A stretch of DNA of 64,000 nt, taken from positions 129,163-193,162 of the forward strand of contig JAFXHG010000038.1 of NCBI GenBank assembly GCA_017536505.1, in the 5' to 3' direction. Below the pieces are notes generated by a model. That model searched no databases and was not told the origin of the DNA. It saw only the letters and a list, made by a program, of their open reading frames with translations. How positions within the stretch are numbered: position 1 is the stretch's first letter; each line of letters starts with the position of its first letter. The translations under genes and the position numbers were made by a program. This DNA is from Bacilli bacterium. GTDB taxonomy: Bacteria > Bacillota_I > Bacilli_A > RF39 > UBA660. This document shows positions 1 to 6,683 of the stretch, piece by piece.

Positions 1-498
1 TGTCAATTCCAATAAAACTAATAAATTTGAATTTGTATATAAATTTATTTCATCATATATATTTATACTATTACTTTTAACAGTATCTATTATTAATATT
101 AATAATAAATTAGTTATTAACATATTTATAAAATTAATTATCTTATATTTTTTATCTATTTTTTTATTTATTAACGAATAAAGAAAGATAAAATTAGATA
201 TTGAAATAATAGTAACATACACAGTTAAACTTGGAAAATATAAAGCCATAAATAAACTATCAAATAAACTATCTATTATATTGAATACTATAGAATTATA
301 ATTTATTATAAGTATTATACCAAGTATTATCCAAATAGATATGAATATCCATTTATTAACCTTTTTTTCTTTCTTTACACATATTATAAATAAAATTAAA
401 ACTGCAACAGCAAGCATGCTACAAAATAAAAAAAGAGGTGAAGATACAATGATATCCATTAATATATTTATTTTTTCTACTAATGAAAAATCATTCAT
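1..498 (-). CDS. Polytopic membrane protein, partial (3' end lies beyond position 1)
   Basis: Open minus-strand frame from ATG at 496-498, preceded by GAGGTG. My translation MNDFSLVEKINILMDIIVSSPLFLF... has several hydrophobic segments. Not in the supplied track because it runs off the window. Confidence 0.5.
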   Translation of the reverse strand, partial: MNDFSLVEKINILMDIIVSSPLFLFCSMLAVAVLILFIICVKKEKKVNKWIFISIWIILGIILIINYNSIVFNIIDSLFDSLFMALYFPSLTVYVTIISISNFIFLYSLINKKIDKKYKIINFINMLITNLLLILIIDTVKSNSINIYDEINLYTNSNLLVLLELT

Positions 499-514
499 AT
501 AATCACCTCATTTA

Positions 515-1174
515 TTAATTAACTAATTCAAATATAAAAACAGTTTGTTTAGTATCACTATATCTTGTACAAGTGATAAGTGTTAATACATTTTTTTCAT
601 AATCTCTATATATTGGAACAGTTCCATCTTTTTTTACTTCATATGTATTAACTAACTTATAAGAATATTTTCTATTATTATAAGTTAAATAGGCCATATC
701 ATTTATTGATAAATTAAATAATTTATCAAAGAAACATACCTTACAAACTCCAGAATGAGCTGCTAATATTAAATTATTATTTTCTTCATTTGGAAATGTA
801 GAACCTTTTATAACTGTTATATTATAGTTTACATTATTGTATTTAGAATTTAAATCTAAAAATCCTCTCTTTAAATTTATTTTAGGTATCTCTAACACAC
901 CTATATAATTATATTGTGTTTGATTACTAGGAACTTGTTCATTATTTTCTTCTTGTGTTTCTTGATTAAATTCTTCTTGCTTTTCTTCAATTACTTCATT
1001 AGAATCTATACTATTAGGTATTTCATTCTCATAAAGCAATATATTCATATCAGAAAAAACTTTATTTCTTCTTTCTTCAAAATATTCAACAAATCCAATA
1101 CAAACACCAAACAGTATTAGTATTATTCCAATTAATAATATACTACTATTCTTCAATTTTATTTTTTTTAACAT
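515..1174 (-). CDS. Sortase-family transpeptidase
   Basis: N-terminal TM anchor, LAAHSG (catalytic His region) and TLITC (catalytic Cys motif TLxTC). Its start overlaps the 3' end of the upstream adhesin gene by 29 nt. The usual Arg about 8-10 residues after the Cys is not obvious. Confidence 0.8.
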   Translation of the reverse strand: MLKKIKLKNSSILLIGIILILFGVCIGFVEYFEERRNKVFSDMNILLYENEIPNSIDSNEVIEEKQEEFNQETQEENNEQVPSNQTQYNYIGVLEIPKINLKRGFLDLNSKYNNVNYNITVIKGSTFPNEENNNLILAAHSGVCKVCFFDKLFNLSINDMAYLTYNNRKYSYKLVNTYEVKKDGTVPIYRDYEKNVLTLITCTRYSDTKQTVFIFELVN

Positions 1175-2939
1175 ATGTAACTATTCCTATACCTAATGCA
1201 ATATCAAACATAGCAATTGCAAGTAAAAGAGCTGATTTAGAACTTAATGTATCTGGGACTTCTACTTCCAATTCGTTTATCATTTTTACCTCAATTACTT
1301 CTTTTGATCCATCTACCGTAAATTTTATTTTTTCTTTACTAAGTTCATAACCTTCTGGGGCTTTTGTTTCAACTAAATAATATTTACCATTTGGTAATCC
1401 AGTAATTTCATAGGCTTTTTCTGTTGATAACCACTTACATGCTGTGTTTTTATTTCCTTTTTTATCTGTACAATATTTTATGACATTACCTTTTTCATCT
1501 TCTATTTGCAAAGTTGCTCCTGGTAACAATTTTTTATTGGTTGAATTTATTTTTGAAATTTTTACAACATTCAATTTATTTGTCATTTTAACTGTTTTAG
1601 TTGTTGTTTCAGCAGTTATTTCAAACTCAACTTTTTCTTTATTTAATACATAACCTTCTGGTGCAATTGTTTCTATTAGATAATATTTTCCAACGCTTAA
1701 ACCTTCTATAACATATGGTTCTTCTGTTGATACCCATTTATAAAGAGTATTTCCAGTTGAATCTTGTACCTCTAAAGATGCTCCTGGTAATTCTTCAATT
1801 CCGGTTACTCCAACTTTCGAAATTGTTACTTTGTTTTTACTATCTGTTAAAGTTATTACACCAGTTAAATTATTCCCATTTAATGTTATTGTTTTTGCTC
1901 TATCAATAACATAACCTTCTGGGGCTTTTACTTCAGTTATTGTATATGTATCATATTCCAAATTTTCTATAACTATAGGATTACCATCAGTTACAAAGGT
2001 TTTAGAATAACCTTTTGTTCCTGTTACTGTTATAGTAGCTCCACTCAAATGAGCATTATTGCCATCTACCTTATTTATTGTTAGTTTTGCTTTAGGTGCA
2101 TTTACTGATATAGATCCTGTTGCAGTAGCACTTGCAGTTGTTTTTTCAGGTTCAACTATATTAGGTGTTACTGATTGATATTCTCCACAAGAGTAGTTTT
2201 GAGCTAAATAATTTGTTTTAGAAATAGATGCTCCAACAGTAACGTTTGCTGTTGTTCCTGCTGAAACAGAAGATGCTGGAATACTTACATAAAATTTGTT
2301 TCCATTTCTTATAACAGTACCTAAATTACTTGTTATAGAAAAATCAGCATCACTATTTTTTGTTATTGTTATTTCATTAGAAATATAATTATCGCCACTT
2401 TTAGTAAAGGTTAACTTACTTGAACTAAAAGATAGTGTTGCCACAGCATATTTTTTCTTTGCTTCAATAGCTGCTTCATACCAACCATAATATTTACTAC
2501 CTTCACCTAAAATTTCTTCTGTTGTTCTAGTATCAGTAACACAAGTATATTGTGTATCTACACCTGAATTACATAAAAATTCATTAATTGCTAATTCTCC
2601 ATAGTAGTAGTTTGCATTGTTTGATACACCTGTTGACACATCAACAGCACCAACACTTTGAATTATACTAGCCACTCCTGCTTTTACCTCATTAGTCCAG
2701 TTGTTATATACCTTACAAGTTTGATTTTTTGCTGCAGGTGTTGTTCTATGAAATTCTGTACAAAATACTGCTGTTGAGCCATAATATTTCAAAGCTAAAT
2801 AATCATAATTATTTAAAGCTTTATCATCACCTTTTTGACTTATTGGCCCTATTTCAGCACTAAAAGCGCTAACGCTTATACTACATAAAAACATAACTAC
2901 TATTAAAAACATGATTAAATGTAATTTATTTTTTTTCAT
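1146..2939 (-). CDS. Cell-wall-anchored adhesin: signal peptide, Cys-containing N-terminal domain, three CnaB/SpaA-type stalk domains, C-terminal sorting signal VPDTL + TM + KKNK
   Basis: Start moved to ATG 2937-2939 (AGGAGG upstream; MKKNKLHLIMFLIVVMFLCSISVSAFS signal peptide). There are three repeats with the G.Y.L.E..APEGY signature. The C-terminus is ...EVPDTLSSKSALLLAIAMFDIALGIGIVTYVKKNKIEE. Confidence 0.8.
   Translation of the reverse strand: MKKNKLHLIMFLIVVMFLCSISVSAFSAEIGPISQKGDDKALNNYDYLALKYYGSTAVFCTEFHRTTPAAKNQTCKVYNNWTNEVKAGVASIIQSVGAVDVSTGVSNNANYYYGELAINEFLCNSGVDTQYTCVTDTRTTEEILGEGSKYYGWYEAAIEAKKKYAVATLSFSSSKLTFTKSGDNYISNEITITKNSDADFSITSNLGTVIRNGNKFYVSIPASSVSAGTTANVTVGASISKTNYLAQNYSCGEYQSVTPNIVEPEKTTASATATGSISVNAPKAKLTINKVDGNNAHLSGATITVTGTKGYSKTFVTDGNPIVIENLEYDTYTITEVKAPEGYVIDRAKTITLNGNNLTGVITLTDSKNKVTISKVGVTGIEELPGASLEVQDSTGNTLYKWVSTEEPYVIEGLSVGKYYLIETIAPEGYVLNKEKVEFEITAETTTKTVKMTNKLNVVKISKINSTNKKLLPGATLQIEDEKGNVIKYCTDKKGNKNTACKWLSTEKAYEITGLPNGKYYLVETKAPEGYELSKEKIKFTVDGSKEVIEVKMINELEVEVPDTLSSKSALLLAIAMFDIALGIGIVTYVKKNKIEE
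1226..2100 (-). repeat. Three tandem CnaB-type (prealbumin-like, isopeptide-type) domain repeats inside the adhesin gene (approximate limits)
   Basis: Repeated protein pattern: KLTINKVD...YTITEVKAPEGYV; KVTISKVG...YYLIETIAPEGYV; VVKISKIN...YYLVETKAPEGYE. Confidence 0.6.
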
Positions 2940-3047
2940 ACTATATCCTCCTATTTTTACTACTATCATTTTATCACAATAAAAAAAATATATCAATTAT
3001 TTTAATAATTAATATACTTTTTTTGGTTTAAATTATTATCTATAAAT

Positions 3048-3704
3048 TTATTTACTAACTAAATTTACAAAACTAGTAGGTATATCTATATCTATAATCA
3101 TATTTTCTTTTGTTTTAGGATGAATAAACTCTAAAGTATTCGCAATTAAAGCCATCCTTCTTATTGGATCTTTTTTTATACCATATTTTTTATCACCAAC
3201 AATAGGATTACCCATATCAGCAAGTTGTACTCTTATTTGATTCTTTCTACCTGTTTTTAAAGTTAAGCTAAGCATAGTATACTGTTTATTTTCAAGTATT
3301 TTTTCATATTCAGTGATAGCAAGTTTACCATTTTTATCATTAACACTATAAGTTAAATGAGTCTTAGTTTCTTGTAAATAACTTTTTATAATACCTTTTT
3401 GTTTTTTTACCTTACCATTTACTATAGCAACATAATTTCTTTTAAATTTATCCCAATTATCTTGAAGATAGAATTTAGTTTTTTCATCTTTAGCAAACAT
3501 AACAATACCACTAGTGTCTTTATCAAGTCTATGTACTATAAAAACCTTATTATTTTTATTTTTTTGTTTTAAATAATCAAATACATAACTATATAAAGTT
3601 CTATCTTTTTCTTTTTCAGTAGCTACTGTAAGTAAATTAGAGGGTTTATTTACTATTATAATAAATTTATCTTCATATAAGATGTCTAACTTTTTCTTTT
3701 TCAT
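3048..3704 (-). CDS. RluA-family pseudouridine synthase (no S4 domain)
   Basis: HRLDKDTSGIVMFAKD catalytic-Asp motif, 218 aa. ATGA start/stop overlap with the upstream gene. Confidence 0.85.
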   Translation of the reverse strand: MKKKKLDILYEDKFIIIVNKPSNLLTVATEKEKDRTLYSYVFDYLKQKNKNNKVFIVHRLDKDTSGIVMFAKDEKTKFYLQDNWDKFKRNYVAIVNGKVKKQKGIIKSYLQETKTHLTYSVNDKNGKLAITEYEKILENKQYTMLSLTLKTGRKNQIRVQLADMGNPIVGDKKYGIKKDPIRRMALIANTLEFIHPKTKENMIIDIDIPTSFVNLVSK

Positions 3705-4930
3705 TTTTTACCTAATCTTTCTAGTGCTTTTAACAAACCTAATTTACCATATTCATATGTAAGTCCACCTTGTTGGTATGCGATATATGGTTCTCTTAAT
3801 GGTCCGTCACATGAAAGTTCTATTGATGATCCCTGAGTAAAAGCACCTGCAGCCATTATAACTTTATCATCATACCCCGGCATATCAGAAGCTTCTGGTA
3901 TAGCGTTTGAATCTATTGGAGAACCCATTTGAATTCCTTGTACATATTTTATTAAATCTTCAGAGTTTCCAAAAATAATGTTTTGTACAATATCTACTCT
4001 TTCTTCATTATATTTAGGCTCAACATTGTAACCTAATTTTTCTAATATATAACTAGTTAATATAGCTGTTTTTAATGCACTACCAACCACACTAGGCGCA
4101 CTAAATAATCCTTGTAATAGAGGTTTATTCATATTTAAAGTAGGACCTACTTCCTTACCTTCTCCAGGAGCGGTTAATCTTTCTCCTACTAATTCTATCA
4201 AATCACTTCTACCTACTACATAAGCTCCATTTGGTGCGATACCACCACCAAGATTTTTAATTAATGATCCCGCACATACATCTGCTCCTACTTCTATAGG
4301 TTCTTTATCTGTTACAAATTCACAGTAACAATTATCTACCATGACAATTGCTGTAGTATTAACTTTTCTAATTTCTTTTATTATGTTTTCTAACTTTTCT
4401 ATACTAATACTTTTTCTAGTAGAATAACCTTTAGATCTTTGTATGTATATCATTTTTATATCATTAGTTTTTACTCTTTCAATTATCTTTTCATAATCAA
4501 AATCATCATTCACTAAATCTATTTCTTCATATTTAACTCCAAATGACTTCAAAGAGCTATTATTATCTTTAATACCTATAACTTCGTGCAACGTATCATA
4601 AGGAGTACCACTTATACTAAGCATAATATCATTAGGTCTAAGTATACCAAATAAAGCCACAGTCAAAGCATGTGTTCCAGATATAAATTGTCCTCTAACT
4701 AATGCATCTTCACTTTTAAATATATCACTATATACCTTTTCTATAACTTCCCTACCAATATCATTATAACCATAACCTGTTGTACTATTAAAATGATATT
4801 CAGAAACACACTCTTTTTGGAAAGCATCCAAAACCTTTTTACTATTATTAAAAACTATATTATCTATTTTATCTAATTCAGGTTTTATTATTCTTTCTGA
4901 TTCTTTCATTAACTCTATTAAATCACTCAT
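3701..4930 (-). CDS. ynbB: YnbB / 'aluminium resistance' family PLP-dependent enzyme (Cys/Met-metabolism fold)
   Basis: 409 aa. N-terminus ...VLDAFQKECVSEYHFNSTTGYGYNDIGREVIEKVYSDIF...GTHAL is typical of this family. Ends in TGA. Confidence 0.75.
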   Translation of the reverse strand: MSDLIELMKESERIIKPELDKIDNIVFNNSKKVLDAFQKECVSEYHFNSTTGYGYNDIGREVIEKVYSDIFKSEDALVRGQFISGTHALTVALFGILRPNDIMLSISGTPYDTLHEVIGIKDNNSSLKSFGVKYEEIDLVNDDFDYEKIIERVKTNDIKMIYIQRSKGYSTRKSISIEKLENIIKEIRKVNTTAIVMVDNCYCEFVTDKEPIEVGADVCAGSLIKNLGGGIAPNGAYVVGRSDLIELVGERLTAPGEGKEVGPTLNMNKPLLQGLFSAPSVVGSALKTAILTSYILEKLGYNVEPKYNEERVDIVQNIIFGNSEDLIKYVQGIQMGSPIDSNAIPEASDMPGYDDKVIMAAGAFTQGSSIELSCDGPLREPYIAYQQGGLTYEYGKLGLLKALERLGKK

Positions 4931-5636
4931 GACTTCCCTCCATTACAACAATACTTCCACTCTTTAAATTACTTTCTATAACTTGTATTACTTTTTTAGC
5001 GACTTCCTTAGGATCAATTAATTCTTTTTGTCCAACTCTATTTAATTCAACACTTAAATATTCTGGATTCATTTCCCTTATACTTTCAGTATCTACCCAA
5101 TTAGGACATATTGAATATATTCTTATATTTTCTAGTTCTAATGCTAAAGATTTTGTTAAATTAATAAGACCTGCTTTACTGGCAGAATAATCCATATTAA
5201 ATTTTGAATAAGTATTAATTCCATCAGTAGAAGAAATATTTATTATAACTCCATTACTCATAATATCATATAATCTTTGTATTAAAAGAAAAGGACTAAT
5301 TAGATTAACTTGCAATACTTCTTTAAATTCTCCACTAGTTTTATCTAAAAAATTATTATCTAAAGATAATGCAGCATTATTTACTAAAGCATCTATTTTT
5401 TTAAACTCTTTTTTTATTGCATTACAAAAATTATTTATATCATCTTCATTTAATAAATCTAATTTATAAGAATTAAATTTTACACCTATAGATTCTATTC
5501 TAGACTTAAGAAGAGATATTTCACTTAAAGAAGTATTATAAGTACCTATAATATCATATCCATCTCTAGCTAGTTCTAAGGCTATTTCTTTTCCTATTCC
5601 CTTCGCACATCCTGTTACTATAGCAATTTTTTTCAT
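4923..5636 (-). CDS. Short-chain dehydrogenase/reductase
   Basis: TGCAKGIGKEIA Rossmann motif and YSASK catalytic motif. 8-nt overlap with ynbB. Confidence 0.8.
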   Translation of the reverse strand: MKKIAIVTGCAKGIGKEIALELARDGYDIIGTYNTSLSEISLLKSRIESIGVKFNSYKLDLLNEDDINNFCNAIKKEFKKIDALVNNAALSLDNNFLDKTSGEFKEVLQVNLISPFLLIQRLYDIMSNGVIINISSTDGINTYSKFNMDYSASKAGLINLTKSLALELENIRIYSICPNWVDTESIREMNPEYLSVELNRVGQKELIDPKEVAKKVIQVIESNLKSGSIVVMEGSHE

Positions 5637-5688
5637 ATAATCATCCCTAATCCATACATATTATAACAAAAGTATAAAAAAAAAGGAA

Positions 5689-6618
5689 TTACTTCCTTCT
5701 ATTATCATTAAATAAATTTTTTACTTTACCTCTTACTTCACTTACTTGAATAACTTCAGGGCATATTATTAAATGTTTTGCTTCTGCATATTCAAATCGA
5801 TTATTTTCCATATCAATACTTAAATCTACAAACCCAGGTATAACATTCTTAGTTTTATCATTCGATTGATAACTAAGTGTAGGTATTCCAATCCAAAAAA
5901 TATCTCTAAGTTTTGTTTTCATCATGTGACTATGCCCTGATAAAACTATCTTCTCTCCATTTATTATTGGTTTAAACCCATCATATAATTTATGAAATAA
6001 GATTATATTATCGTTTTTTACATTTACATTACCTTGTCCATAACCAATAGGTATTATATCATATCTACTATTTTTTATTGCGGTAGAAATATCTAATCCA
6101 TTATTATGCAAAGAATGATAGTCATGATTTCCTAAAATCATAAAATTTTTTATACTTTTATCATAAGGATATTTTTTTATAAAATATTCTAGTTGAGAAT
6201 GTAAATCTTTTATATTTTTTTGTGCTGATGTATAATCACCCTCTATACTATCACCACAGTTTAAAATAATATTAATACCATTTTTGACTGCATAATCGTA
6301 TACTATATCTAATAGTTTGATATTTGAGTCTACACTACCTATATGTGTATCAGAAATAACTAAACATCTAAATAAATTAACATTTCTAGGCATTTCTATA
6401 TTTATCCTATTTCTATATATATTATTATTATCTTTTTCTATAGTATAACAAATATCAGAATTATATAAATAATTAGGTTTTAATAAATATCCATAATTTA
6501 TTATTTGCTTAATACGTATATATAATTGTTTTTCACTTAAATTTAAAATATTACATATTTCTTTCATTGATTTATTCTTACTTATTAATTCAATTATTTT
6601 TTTATTTACTTCTGTCAT
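5689..6618 (-). CDS. N-terminal HTH-like domain fused to calcineurin-like metallophosphoesterase
   Basis: Residues about 1-60 (IIELISKNKSMKEICNILNLSEKQLYIRIKQIINYGYL) look like a winged or simple HTH. They are followed by VISDTHIG, CGDSIEGD, GNHD and GHSH metallophosphoesterase motifs. Confidence 0.75.
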   Translation of the reverse strand: MTEVNKKIIELISKNKSMKEICNILNLSEKQLYIRIKQIINYGYLLKPNYLYNSDICYTIEKDNNNIYRNRINIEMPRNVNLFRCLVISDTHIGSVDSNIKLLDIVYDYAVKNGINIILNCGDSIEGDYTSAQKNIKDLHSQLEYFIKKYPYDKSIKNFMILGNHDYHSLHNNGLDISTAIKNSRYDIIPIGYGQGNVNVKNDNIILFHKLYDGFKPIINGEKIVLSGHSHMMKTKLRDIFWIGIPTLSYQSNDKTKNVIPGFVDLSIDMENNRFEYAEAKHLIICPEVIQVSEVRGKVKNLFNDNRRK

Positions 6619-6648
6619 TTAAACATCCCCTACTATAATAAGTATATC

Positions 6649-6679
6649 AAAAAAAGGTATTAAAATTCAATACCTTTTT
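6649..6679 (-). terminator. Intrinsic terminator after the 966-aa surface-protein gene (symmetric A/T flanks, possibly bidirectional)
   Basis: AAAGGTATT-loop-AATACCTTT 9-bp stem, with a 7-A run on the plus strand (U-run on the minus transcript). Confidence 0.6.
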
Positions 6680-6683
6680 AATT

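Noticed and set aside
2500-2800. Thioester (TED) domain call for the N-terminal domain of the sortase-anchored adhesin
   Set aside because: Only the Cys-side pattern (AVFCTEF) is reminiscent. I could not find the partner TQxA[IV]W Gln motif, so the call is not supportable from sequence reading alone. It is mentioned only as something to test.
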